64,000 nt of DNA from a bacterium (GCA_965200245.1 CBDATS010000004.1:800001-864000); one strand, 5' to 3'. Counted from the stretch's first letter, positions 39,858 to 49,964 are shown. Numbers and translations: made by a program. Notes: a model not told the origin generated them from the letters alone.

Positions 39858-41585
39858 CTAGGGTCTGGCACAGATGACATTCAGAAGCGCCTGTCTGCCT
39901 TCCACCCGAACGGCGTGGAGCGCGCGTTCGAGAGCGGGTTTGATCTGTTCGGGCGCCTCGACCATCTCTCCGTAACCGCCGCAAGATTCACATATTTTTT
40001 CAAAATCGGGCGAAGGTTCAAGCGCCGTGAAGGGAAAATCGTCCTGGCCCACAGCCCATCCGTCCGGATAAATCACCCGCGCATTCCGCTTCACGGAGCC
40101 CCAGGTTCGATTGTTAAAAACGACTACCAGCACGGGAATATCGTGCGCGCTCGACGCGAAATGGCAGGCGACGGGGTTGCCGAAGACGTATGCGCCGTCC
40201 CCCAGCGTCACGATGACAGTCCGGTCCTTTGCGGCCAATTTGGCGCCCAGCGCCGCTCCGAAACCCCAGCCAGACCGGCAGCGGGGGGGGGGGGGGTGAT
40301 CGAAGTAGGTACCGGGCCTGGTGCGCGTGAGTTGGGTCCCGACCATGTCGTATTCGTTCACCAGGATGTCATCCTCCCCCAGCGCGTCGTTGATGCAGCG
40401 CGAAAGCCAGACAAACTCAATGGGACGGCTCGCAGAAGCCTTTTCCGCCTCTTCCCGCCATTTGGCGCGTTGAGCGGCGTGTGACCTCTCAAGCTCCTCG
40501 CGGCGATCGGCGATCTCGGCTTCCCTGCCCGCCAGCAACGGGCGAAGCGCCTCTCTCAGCGCGGCGAGGGCAGGCGCCGACTTGGACTGAATCGACAAAT
40601 CGGCAGGGAACCCCCGAATGGGGTAACGGGAGAAATTCGGATCGACCGCTAACTGAATGAAACGGGTTTCGGGTTTCGGCTGCACCTGCGAGGGTATCCA
40701 TGGAACGGTCGATTCGACGGTCAAAACGGCGTCAGCCTTCGGGAAATGCTCCCACAGCGCATACCCCTGGTGTAGCGGATGATTCGTGGGGAAGTTCACG
40801 AACTCCCGGAATCGGTCTTCAATTACCGGAAAAGCGCCCAATTCGGCGAGCGCAATCAGTTCGCCGACCGCATCCGGATCGCTCCCCATCATTCCGACGT
40901 GAAGTACGGGATGACTTGCCCCGGACAGCATTTTGGCCGCTGCGTCGATCGCATCAATATCCGGGAAAAGACGGGCGGGCCGGGTCGTTCGGGGTTTTTC
41001 CCAATAGGAAAACTCCTTCTGGGGAGCGGCCAGCACTTCACGCGGCAAAACGAGATATACGGGCCCCATGGGATGAGAGGCAGCGATACCGAGCGCGCGA
41101 TCGACCACCGTTTCGAGTTGTTCAAAGTTCCGCAGTTCGTAGTCCCACTTCACGAACTCGCGGACCATTGCCCCCTGGTCGAAGCTCTCTTGCGCCCAGT
41201 GGATGTATACGTTGCGGCTCCCGAGCATGCCCGACTCGGTGATGGGCGTACGCCCCGCAGTGAAAAGCATCGGTACGTTGAGTCTGTTCGCGTTGATGAG
41301 CCCGATGACCGAGTTCGCCGTTCCTACCGATACATGAACCATGACGAGTTGGGGCCGCCCGGTCACCATGGTATAACCGTGCGACATGCTCACGGCGAGC
41401 ATTTCGTGGGGCGCGAGAATGGGAATCGGACAAGGCCTGCCATCCGCGCGAAGTTTGGCCAGCCCTTCGATTATCGAGGGGAAGTCGGTTCCGCCGTTGC
41501 CGAAAAAGTATTCAATCCCGCGGTCGGCCAACAAGGCAAGATACGCTTCGGCAGTGGTCTCGACGGCAATACGTTTCTTTTTCAC
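39858..41585 (-). CDS. Thiamine pyrophosphate-requiring enzyme (acetolactate synthase-like)
   Basis: GTG start with GGAGG; GNGGTDF, PHE, HVSVGTAN, TPP motif GDGAY...NN. Contains a G14 tract. Confidence 0.88.
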   Translation of the reverse strand: MKKKRIAVETTAEAYLALLADRGIEYFFGNGGTDFPSIIEGLAKLRADGRPCPIPILAPHEMLAVSMSHGYTMVTGRPQLVMVHVSVGTANSVIGLINANRLNVPMLFTAGRTPITESGMLGSRNVYIHWAQESFDQGAMVREFVKWDYELRNFEQLETVVDRALGIAASHPMGPVYLVLPREVLAAPQKEFSYWEKPRTTRPARLFPDIDAIDAAAKMLSGASHPVLHVGMMGSDPDAVGELIALAELGAFPVIEDRFREFVNFPTNHPLHQGYALWEHFPKADAVLTVESTVPWIPSQVQPKPETRFIQLAVDPNFSRYPIRGFPADLSIQSKSAPALAALREALRPLLAGREAEIADRREELERSHAAQRAKWREEAEKASASRPIEFVWLSRCINDALGEDDILVNEYDMVGTQLTRTRPGTYFDHPPPPRCRSGWGFGAALGAKLAAKDRTVIVTLGDGAYVFGNPVACHFASSAHDIPVLVVVFNNRTWGSVKRNARVIYPDGWAVGQDDFPFTALEPSPDFEKICESCGGYGEMVEAPEQIKPALERALHAVRVEGRQALLNVICARP

Positions 41586-42445
41586 GACACACCCTCCATA
41601 AGGTCCATCGAGGCCACAGGACCGTGGGCATGAGAATCGGGAAGATTTCGATTGATGACGCCTATTCACCAAGAGCGAACATCATACTATTCCTGAACAA
41701 TCCCATATCCGTAGATTCATCGGCGAAACCGAAATTGTCAATTCGAGTTGCGCCCTCCAAGCCCACTGCCGCTGGCTGATTGGAATGGAGACTTCCGTCA
41801 AGACCGCAACCTCTTCCGCCGTCAGGAATTGCAGCATGGCCGTTTCCTCAGTTGTCGCTGGCCAGGGGAGTCGAGCGTCCGGGAGACCTTCCAGCCAATC
41901 CTCCCGGTCAAATCCCGACTCGGCCTCAAGCCGGTGCGGATTGGGCCTGGGCGTTGTTCCTGAACCTCGTGATGAAACCTTCGGCAGAGGGGCACCGGCG
42001 TTGCAGGAGGCTCGATTCAGCCTCCAATGTTGCGCTCGACATCCTCGAAACTCCGGATATGCGTGTTGAAACAGGACCGCCGTTTGTTTCTATGAGGACG
42101 CAGCACCCCGTGACCATGACGCGTCGGTGCTCGCTGCGGGTTCCAATGTGTCAAAGCTGAAAAAGAACGGACATACGCAGTTACAGGCCTTGGGCTCGCA
42201 CTGTATCTGGTAATATTACCTTCACTTCCATAGATATCATCACACGCCATCATCTTGCGCTTCTACGGGATGGCCTCTGCATCAGGATATTGTGCCCGGT
42301 TCGCCCAAAGTGTAATCACAAAATTTTTCAAAGTGCCCCTGATGAAAAAGACGCAACGGGATCACGACGCATAGAGATTCTGCCGCGGTTCACGCCTTCC
42401 GCAGTAACGGCAAACGCGCGGATTTGCAAAATGCCACACTCCCGC

Positions 42446-42682
42446 TCAAGGCCCTGGATAGGCTTCGGGCGGCTTGGCGTCGTCCGGAGACCTCTTTGAC
42501 TTTATTCGTTTTCTGCTGACGATGGCATCATCCTTGAGCCGCGCGATGGGGTCTTCCTCCTCGTTCCCGCGCCCGTAGGCGTTGCCCTTCTCGAAGGCGA
42601 GCCTGCCGAAGAGGCGGTTCAAGTTGTTGCGCGCGATCTGCTCGTCTTCTTCATCCTTCCCCGGCTTTCTCATGGCTTCCAT
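42446..42682 (-). CDS. Small hypothetical protein
   Basis: ATG preceded by GAGGGAG; host-like codon pattern; no recognised domain. Confidence 0.45.
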   Translation of the reverse strand: MEAMRKPGKDEEDEQIARNNLNRLFGRLAFEKGNAYGRGNEEEDPIARLKDDAIVSRKRIKSKRSPDDAKPPEAYPGP

Positions 42683-42958
42683 CTCCCTCTTGTTTTACAT
42701 GGAATATCAGCAGTTTACATGATTCGCCACCGATCGCCCAACGTCATGACCCTGACGCGGAAGGCGTCCACCCCTGTCTCGGCGATATGCCCCATGAATA
42801 CCCCAGGCGGGAGGTTGATCGACTCATCCGTCAGGTCGAAAGTACCCCGGTGCATTGGGAACCATCCAGTGCGCCCGAGAAAATTTCGCTTACCGATATG
42901 AGGTTACATCGCAACTCATTCGGCGGTCCGGAAAACCCCATCCACCGGGGAAGAATGA

Positions 42959-43837
42959 TCAACCGAGAGACGCATACCACTTCGCAATCGCCTGGCCCAT
43001 CTCATCGGGCGAGTCCTCATGACAATAATGAATCCCGGGAACTGTCGACTCTTTCATGTTCGGCCAGCTTCGAACCATTTCCCGGTGTTTTCCCACGAGC
43101 ACGGCGCCGGGATCCGAATTGATAAGCAACTTGGGCGCAGGATGATTTTCGAGCCAGGCGTTGTTGCGCTCGATGATTTCGAGAACATCCGCGGGTTCTC
43201 CCCCGATGGGAATCTCGCGCGGCCAGGTGAGCGTGGGTCTCCTGTCTTCGCCGGGATTGCTGTAGGGCCTTCGATATTCGTCGTGAATCTCCGGGGACAG
43301 TTCACGAACAACCATTGCAGGCAGAATCTTCTCCACGAAAAAGTTCTGCTCCAAAACGAGTTCCTCACCCTCCTCACTTCTGAACCTCCTGAAAAGGGTC
43401 TGCACCTCGGGCGGCCAGTGGTTCCACTCGAAATCGCCGACCACCCCCTGGCAGATTACGACGCCTTTGAGCGTATCTTGCCTCTCTGACGCCCATGTGA
43501 AGCCCAGTTGTGCGCCCCAGTCGTGCGTCACGATGGTGACGTTTTCCTCCACGCCCAGCGCGTCCATCAATGCGTTCGTGAAAGGCTGGTGATCGACCAG
43601 GCGATACATGGAGCCGTTCAGTTTTTCAGAATCCCCCTGTCCGATGTTATCTATCGCAATACAGCGGCCCAGCCCCTCGACGTGGGGAATCACGTTTCGC
43701 CACATGTAAGAAGAGGTGATGTTCCCGTGAAAAAAAATGATGGGGTCCCCCTCGCCCGCTTCTACGTAGGCCATCCTTCTGCCGAGGACCTGCACGAATT
43801 TTTTCTCATACCTCATGCGAGGTTCTATCTTCGTCAT
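42959..43837 (-). CDS. Haloalkane dehalogenase (LinB/DhaA subfamily)
   Basis: HGNITSSY, nucleophile HDWG, EQNFFVE, RRPTLTWPREIP, GIHYCHED. Confidence 0.92.
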   Translation of the reverse strand: MTKIEPRMRYEKKFVQVLGRRMAYVEAGEGDPIIFFHGNITSSYMWRNVIPHVEGLGRCIAIDNIGQGDSEKLNGSMYRLVDHQPFTNALMDALGVEENVTIVTHDWGAQLGFTWASERQDTLKGVVICQGVVGDFEWNHWPPEVQTLFRRFRSEEGEELVLEQNFFVEKILPAMVVRELSPEIHDEYRRPYSNPGEDRRPTLTWPREIPIGGEPADVLEIIERNNAWLENHPAPKLLINSDPGAVLVGKHREMVRSWPNMKESTVPGIHYCHEDSPDEMGQAIAKWYASLG

Positions 43838-43859
43838 CTCGTTCCTCTTGCACTTGCCA

Positions 43860-44912
43860 CTATTCCCCCACATGCAAGACCAGCTTGCCGCGCACGTGGC
43901 CTTCTTCCAGGAATGTGTGGGCCTGAGCGATGTTCTCCCCGTTCATGACACCCATATCCGTGAGTTCAGGCGCCTTGATCTCCCCCGCCTCCACCCAGTC
44001 ACGGATTTCTTCGAGCGCTTTCTTGTAAACGCCGTAGCAGGCGGGACCGCCTCCGCGCACGGGCGCACGCAGGAAGGTGCCGTGAAACGAAGCTGATTTG
44101 GTGAACAGGGGACCTTCTTGGGATGAGAAGAACTCATCGATTGGTGCACCCGGTTCAGGTGTGATGGAAGAAATTCTCCCCCAGTAATCCACCACCTCGC
44201 AGCAGAGTTTCTTCATCTCGCGGCCCACGAAATCAAACGTGGCCGGGAAAAGACGTCCTCCGTTCATTTCAACCGCCTGATGAGCCAACTCGTCGAAAGA
44301 AAGACCAGGATACTTCAAGACGCCGTTCGGGGCGGGCCCTATCAGGCCCTCGATATATCTGGCACTCTCATCGCTTCCCGCCGTGACGATAATGGGAGAA
44401 GCGCCGATGCGTCTGAGCATCTGAAGACCCATGGTCCCCACGCCCCCCGAACCACCGGCCACGAATACCGCTTCTCCCGCCTCGACCCGTGCCTTCATGA
44501 TAATCGCCTCATGGGCTGTCAGCGAAACGAGCGGCAGGGAAGCCGCCTGTGCGAAAGTTACGTTCCTGGGCTTTTTCACGACAAACGCCTGATGGATGCA
44601 TACCAACTCGGCATACCCGTCCCCACCGCTGTCACCGAATCTCGGAAGATAGGCCATCACCTCATCTCCGGGACTAAATTCCGACACGCGCTCGCCTACC
44701 GATTCGACCACGCCTGCCGTATCCCGGCCCAGGATGATGGGAACCGCGCCCTGGTTTCCGCCACGTCTGGCCTTGAAATCGGTAGGATTCACGGAAACCG
44801 CTTTCGCTCGTAACCTGACTTCCTCCGGCGCAGGCTCTCTCTCGGGCCAATCGGCGTCCTCGAAATTCTCCACGCCTCCAAACTCTTTCAACACGACTGC
44901 TCTCATTTTCAT
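43860..44912 (-). CDS. NADP-dependent quinone oxidoreductase (MDR family)
   Basis: VSVNPTDFK, GRDTAG, AGGSGGVG, GHVRGKLV. Confidence 0.88.
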   Translation of the reverse strand: MKMRAVVLKEFGGVENFEDADWPEREPAPEEVRLRAKAVSVNPTDFKARRGGNQGAVPIILGRDTAGVVESVGERVSEFSPGDEVMAYLPRFGDSGGDGYAELVCIHQAFVVKKPRNVTFAQAASLPLVSLTAHEAIIMKARVEAGEAVFVAGGSGGVGTMGLQMLRRIGASPIIVTAGSDESARYIEGLIGPAPNGVLKYPGLSFDELAHQAVEMNGGRLFPATFDFVGREMKKLCCEVVDYWGRISSITPEPGAPIDEFFSSQEGPLFTKSASFHGTFLRAPVRGGGPACYGVYKKALEEIRDWVEAGEIKAPELTDMGVMNGENIAQAHTFLEEGHVRGKLVLHVGE

Positions 44913-44918
44913 CCTCCG

Positions 44919-45704
44919 CTATACCATCCATGCCCCGCCCGAGATGACCATTCCCTGACCCGTGACGTTCTTGCTCTCCTCGCTCGCGAGATAAACCGCC
45001 AAATGACCCACATCGTCTGGCGTTTGTTCGCGTCCGAAAGGAACCGTCGCCTCTACGTATTCGTCGAAAACCCGCCTCGCGGGTCTGTCTGTTTCCGCTC
45101 CGATGATGACGCCCAGGCTCTTCTCCCATATGTTCGTCCACAAGAGACCCGGATTGATCGCGTTCACGTTCACGTTGTAGGGAGCCATCTCCCTGGCCAG
45201 GCTTATGGTGAAATTCATGCACGCTGCCTTGGAGGCGGAATAATGTGGTACGCTCGCGTTCGCGCGTCTCGCAGCGAGCGAGGCCAGATTGATGATCTTC
45301 CCGTATCTGCGCTCGCGCATGTGGGGAGCGACCGCCCGGCACATCAGGAAAACGCCCGCGGCGTTGACCGCGAAGACGGCATTCCAGTCATCGAGCGTTA
45401 TCCGATCGATGGGAAGACCCATGAGCGCGGCACCCCTGCCGTGGCAATTTACCAAAACGTCGATACATCCCATTCGGTCGATGGCTGTCTGCACGATGCG
45501 TTCGGCGTCCGTCTCATTCGCCACGTTCGCCGTCAGGGCAAAATGTGTCCCTTCGCCCGCGTCGTCCAGTCCGCTTCGGCTTACCTCATCGCTCAAGTCG
45601 ACCACGCATATCCGCGCACCCTCGCGGGAAAAAGCGCGGATGATGGCCCGGCCGATTCCGCCGCCGCCACCCGTCACGACCGCTTTTTTCCCTTCCAGAC
45701 GCAT
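44919..45704 (-). CDS. SDR oxidoreductase (tandem copy 2)
   Basis: TGGGGGIG, YSASK, NAINPG. Confidence 0.9.
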   Translation of the reverse strand: MRLEGKKAVVTGGGGGIGRAIIRAFSREGARICVVDLSDEVSRSGLDDAGEGTHFALTANVANETDAERIVQTAIDRMGCIDVLVNCHGRGAALMGLPIDRITLDDWNAVFAVNAAGVFLMCRAVAPHMRERRYGKIINLASLAARRANASVPHYSASKAACMNFTISLAREMAPYNVNVNAINPGLLWTNIWEKSLGVIIGAETDRPARRVFDEYVEATVPFGREQTPDDVGHLAVYLASEESKNVTGQGMVISGGAWMV

Positions 45705-45769
45705 GCGCAACCCCTCTCACCAGGAAACATTACTCACGAAACCGGATTCATTTCGAATCATCCCCCCCC

Positions 45770-46558
45770 CTAGACCATCCAGGCACCGCCCGCCAAGAGC
45801 AGACCTTGTCCGGTGACGTTTTTGCTCTCATCGCTCGCGAGGTAGACCGCCATGTGGCCTACATCGTCAGGCGTCTGCTCGCGTCCCAGGGGAACCGCCG
45901 CCTGGACGAACTCGTCGAAAACGCGCCTCGCAGGCCTGTCCGTCTCCGCACCAATGATAACGCCGTGACCCTTCTCCCAGAGGTTCGTCCAGAGCAGGCC
46001 CGGGTTGATCGCGTTTACGTTCACGTTATGGGGGGCCATCTCCTTGGCGAGACTCATCGTGAAGTTCATGCATGCCGCCTTTGAAGCGCAATAATGCGGC
46101 ACGTTTTCGTTTGCACGCCTTGCAGCGAGCGAAGCCAGGTTGATGATTTTCCCGTATCTTCGCTCGCGCAAATGGAGAGCGATCGCCCGGCACATGAGAA
46201 ACACGCCTGTCGAATTCACGTTGAAGACAGCGTTCCATTCCTCGAGTGTGATCTTATCGATCGGGTTTCCCATCAGCGCAGACGCCCTGCCGTGGCAGTT
46301 CACGAGTATGTCGATATGCCCCATCCGTTCGATGGCCGTACGGATGACGTTCTCAGCGTCCGCCTCACTCGTCACGTCCGCTGCCAAGGCAAAATGTTCC
46401 CTCTCTTCTCCCGCGTCGGCGAGCCCCTGCCCGGCTACTTCGTTATTTACGTCGACCACGCATATCCGCGCGCCCTCACGGGCGAAAGCCCGGACGATCC
46501 CTCTACCGATTCCGCCGCCGCCCCCAGTGACGACCGCCGTTTTCCCTTCCAGACGCAT
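45770..46558 (-). CDS. SDR oxidoreductase (tandem copy 1)
   Basis: TGGGGGIG, YCASK, NAINPG; GGAGG RBS before ATG 46558. Confidence 0.9.
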   Translation of the reverse strand: MRLEGKTAVVTGGGGGIGRGIVRAFAREGARICVVDVNNEVAGQGLADAGEEREHFALAADVTSEADAENVIRTAIERMGHIDILVNCHGRASALMGNPIDKITLEEWNAVFNVNSTGVFLMCRAIALHLRERRYGKIINLASLAARRANENVPHYCASKAACMNFTMSLAKEMAPHNVNVNAINPGLLWTNLWEKGHGVIIGAETDRPARRVFDEFVQAAVPLGREQTPDDVGHMAVYLASDESKNVTGQGLLLAGGAWMV

Positions 46559-46834
46559 TTGACTCCCTCCATGAAAGACGCCCGCACGCATCGGGCACTG
46601 ACCGACCACGTACTCTTGTACGTTGGAAACTGATTCCCGTTCCTGAGGCGCGATTTGCGCCGATTCTAGCAGGAATGGTGCGGGGTGAGTATCTCGGAAA
46701 CCGAACGCCTGAAACACATCCTGCGGGGAGTTTTCCTCGCCAGGGGAGAGTGGTATTCTCCCACTGCTTCAAAACCCTTTAAAGATTGACGATTGGCATC
46801 ACGAAATTGTTCCTCAAAACGACAGGAGTTCGAA

Positions 46835-47269
46835 ATGTCCTTGATTAAAATGGCGAAAGAATTTATCGACGTCGGTATCGTGGTGAAAGATCTGGAAGTT
46901 GCCGAAAAATTTTATGGCGGAATCCTGGGACTTCCCATCGTGCGCGAGGTCGAGATTACGGCGGATAAGGCTGTGCAAGCCGGCTGTGCATCGGGAAGGT
47001 TCGAGTTCAAGGCGTTTCAGGCCGGTGAGGTGCAGCTCAAAGTCGTCCAGGCGGATTCGGACCCGCCCGCGGGAGGCGGGATCGTGGACGCTTCGACCGG
47101 TTACCGCTACCTCACGTTCACCGTGGAAAGCGTCCAAGAAGCACACGACGCACTCGTGGCGGCGGGCGTGAAGATGATGGGCGAGATTACCGAAGTCGTG
47201 CCCGGCCGGTTCATTATCTTCTTCCAGGATCCCGACGGAAACATGCTGGAGTGCGTCGGCCCCAGGTAA
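46835..47269 (+). CDS. VOC/glyoxalase family protein
   Basis: VGIVVKDL...FYGGILG and FFQDPDGNMLE; AGGAG RBS. Confidence 0.9.
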   Translation: MSLIKMAKEFIDVGIVVKDLEVAEKFYGGILGLPIVREVEITADKAVQAGCASGRFEFKAFQAGEVQLKVVQADSDPPAGGGIVDASTGYRYLTFTVESVQEAHDALVAAGVKMMGEITEVVPGRFIIFFQDPDGNMLECVGPR

Positions 47270-47429
47270 GTTCATGCCGCGATTATGCACTTGATGCAAA
47301 CGGCCACTACAAGGATGTTTTCAGGCAATCGTTTTTTTCTTGGGAGTGCTTGAAACGCTCCTCGACGGGAAGGCGAAGGGCAAGGGTAAAGCCTACAAGG
47401 GAAACAAGGCATGGGTAGCCGATGCTGGC

Positions 47430-47701
47430 CAGCATTGAGGATCACAGCGCCATGAGACGGTGAACTACTCCGAGGAAGAATGGGTAGTGGGAGACGTTCA
47501 CACAAACAGCACCAAAAACGTGTGGAGCCTGTTCAAGCGTTCCATCATCGGCTTTTTCCACAAGATGAGCGTCAAGCATATCGCCATCTCCCCGAGTTGG
47601 AGTTCCAGTTCAACAATCGAGAAACCCCTTACATCTTCCGTGATACGATAAATTGAATCGTGAACACGAAACACGTCGAATACAAGGAAATGGTGGCGTA
47701 G
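47430..47701 (+). pseudogene. IS1595 (ISXO2-like DDE) transposase C-terminal remnant
   Basis: HETVN...GDVHTNSTKNVWSLFKRSIIGFFHKMSVKH, then frameshifted EFQFNNRENP. Confidence 0.85.
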
Positions 47702-47827
47702 TGAGTCATGCGGAATTATTGCTCTGATATAAGCTGACAAAAACCCATTGTAATTTTCAGAGATATGAAAGATAACCCAATAAAGGGAGGGAGGTCCATG
47801 AAGTTCAGCGAAGAGGAAAATGTAAAC

Positions 47828-48259
47828 ATGGCATCAGTTTTTGATGTCGCGAAATACATACTCGCCCAAACGGGCAAGATCACGACATGGAAACTGCAAA
47901 AACTAGTGTATTACTGCCAGGCCTGGCATCTCGTCTGGGATGAAGAACCCTTGTTTCCCGAAGCAATTCAGGCATGGATAAACGGTCCTGTATGTCCCGC
48001 TTTATACAAAAAACATCAAGGAAACTTCCATATCTCCACGATCCAGGGGAATGAGAACGTATTATCCGCAAACCAGCGTGAGACCATAGAAGTTGTCGTG
48101 TGTAAATACAATGAATACAACGGTCAGCAACTAAGCGACCTCACGCACTCCGAACCTCCTTGGAGAAACGCAAGAAAAGGCATCCCAACCAACGAAAGAG
48201 GCGCTCAGGTTATCTCCCATGAGTCGATGGCCGAATATTATGGCTCCCTACAGGAATAG
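47828..48259 (+). CDS. Panacea (DUF4065/SocA/GepA) antitoxin
   Basis: VFDVAKYIL, KLQKLVYYCQAW, QAWINGPV, LTHSEPPW. Confidence 0.92.
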   Translation: MASVFDVAKYILAQTGKITTWKLQKLVYYCQAWHLVWDEEPLFPEAIQAWINGPVCPALYKKHQGNFHISTIQGNENVLSANQRETIEVVVCKYNEYNGQQLSDLTHSEPPWRNARKGIPTNERGAQVISHESMAEYYGSLQE

Positions 48260-48740
48260 AAGTAAACATTCAAAAAAGCTCCCCCAACATCTCGCCTCTT
48301 CAATCAATAAACCCAGCAAAAAAGTTCGTCAAGGGAAACACGAATCTTACGAGCATCTGGTTATTTGCTGGCATCTGGGCCTATTCGACTAGGATGGCCC
48401 GTGGGGTGAGAAGGCATGCGGGAATCTCGATTTCAAGAAACTCATCGACGAGACGATTTCAAACTGGGAAACCATGACTTGGGCTGAATTGTATAAACAG
48501 ACCGGCGGCAGAAAACAAGGCAACAACCATCATCCGATCCCGGTTTCGAATCTTTCCCTTAACACAAAAAAGCGCCTCAAAGAAATCAAAAAAGAAGACA
48601 CCGATGCAGTTATATCCCTGCGTATCAATTCCACCCAAAGACTATATGGGATCAGGGCAGGTCAAATATTCCAACTACTTTGGTACGATCCATGGCACGA
48701 CAACCATCAAAAAGCAGTCTGCCAAATCAAAAAAAGATAA
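48240..48740 (+). pseudogene. Putative Panacea-associated toxin (RelE-like fold suspected) with amber stop
   Basis: ATG 48240 overlaps antitoxin end; MAPYRNRSK...WHLGLFD-TAG(48390-92)-DGPWG...ETMTW...SLRINSTQRLYGIR...LLWYDPWH, all in one frame. Confidence 0.7.
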
Positions 48741-49039
48741 GAAAACCCCAAGGCTGCAATCCCCAAAATTCCGCATCTTGTGACTGTTTGCATCAAGTGT
48801 ATAATTGCGGTTCATGCATGTGCACTCCGCCAAACTTAAATAACGACGCTGGCGCGACCCGGAGCAAAAACCCTGCCATGTAGACGGAATTTTGCGATGT
48901 GTGGATTTCTCCAGGAGTCTCTGGTGGAATTCATATTTGACGAAATACAGGGGTCGAAATCCGTCTTCCAGGCAATGATATGACTGACCTTCCGGAATCG
49001 ATATAAACATCTGTTATTACTTATATATTTCTTTCTCTA

Positions 49040-49380
49040 GCCAACAGTTTGCTTGGCGTTCTTTCCAGAATGTTCTCGCTGGCCGAGACGTGGGATTTGC
49101 TCCCTCCCGGAAACAATCCCTGTCGCGCAGTACGTCCCTACAGGATGCGCCGTCGCGAGCAGTTTCTGACAGATAAGGAGTTCCGTCCAGGCAGGACGCT
49201 CGGGAACGCGGGGGCGGACAGGTCTGCATGGCCGCCTGCAACAGCCGCGATCCGGTTGTTAATACTGGTCGGATGCAGGAAGGCCGAGATACTGAACCTT
49301 CGCTGGAATGATGTGGACCATATGATGGGGGAGTTCAGGCTCCGGGACGCCAAGGCGGGTCCGCGTATGGTCCCCTGGCG
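49040..49380 (+). pseudogene. Tyrosine recombinase/phage integrase fragment
   Basis: LSRMFSLAETW...NPC...LLILVGCRKAEILNLRW...DAKAG; N-terminus and HxxR/Y C-terminus missing. Confidence 0.85.
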
Positions 49381-49439
49381 ACGCTCGCCCTGCAAGAATC
49401 TACATAACGAGTCGGTATGCCAAATGATCCTCTTGGCAA

Positions 49440-49958
49440 TTATTCCGTTGGCGCATGTTCCTGCATGAGGACCAGTTCGCCAAGAATTCTCTCATGCCAA
49501 CGCACGGTATACGCTGGTCGCAACGCGATACTCGACCTATAACCGGCATCTTCGAGAAGTCGCTCCAACGACACCAGCCGATCCCGAAATCCCAGCCGCA
49601 CGCCGCAACGAAGACTGGCTCTGTCCGGTCCGCACAGAACCCAAGCGTCGTCCCGACTCAGCGCGTGAGCCCAGAGCGAGGCCTCTCCCCTGTCCATAGC
49701 GATATCCGGGATTCGAACGGCCAGTTCGGCACGCTCGCGGTCTTCGACTGGATAGATTGCTTCCAGGGAATCCCGCAACTCTCTGGCCTCGATTCGCAAC
49801 TCGCGTCTGCGGTGCTGCAAGCCCGTTTGCGTCTCGGCGATGCAATCCTCGACGGTTTCCACATCATAGCCGCCAGTGAGTGCTCGCCACGAACGCGTCC
49901 TGTGGGTCTCCAAGATGACGCTCGTATCGACCAGTCCGGCGTTCTGATGTCGAGCCCT
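49440..49958 (-). CDS. PIN-like protein paired with HTH-ImmA; start codon apparently lost
   Basis: AGG-ARHQNAGLVDTSVILE...MDRGEASL...LCGPDRA; acidic PIN-like pattern (DT, GE, D). Confidence 0.65.
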   Translation of the reverse strand, partial: RARHQNAGLVDTSVILETHRTRSWRALTGGYDVETVEDCIAETQTGLQHRRRELRIEARELRDSLEAIYPVEDRERAELAVRIPDIAMDRGEASLWAHALSRDDAWVLCGPDRASLRCGVRLGFRDRLVSLERLLEDAGYRSSIALRPAYTVRWHERILGELVLMQEHAPTE

Positions 49959-49964
49959 GGCGCA

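Larger units (their letters stand above)
47278..48809 (+). mobile_element. Non-autonomous IS1595-family element with passenger genes
   Basis: Left end CGCGATTATGCACTTGATGCAAAC versus right end (revcomp) CGCAATTATACACTTGATGCAAAC, 22/24 identical. 8-bp direct repeat GTTCATGC at 47270-77 and 48810-17. Confidence 0.9.

Noticed and set aside
48390-48392. TAG as pyrrolysine or recoding
   Set aside because: Simple TGG>TAG explains it, and TAG serves as a normal stop in many genes here.
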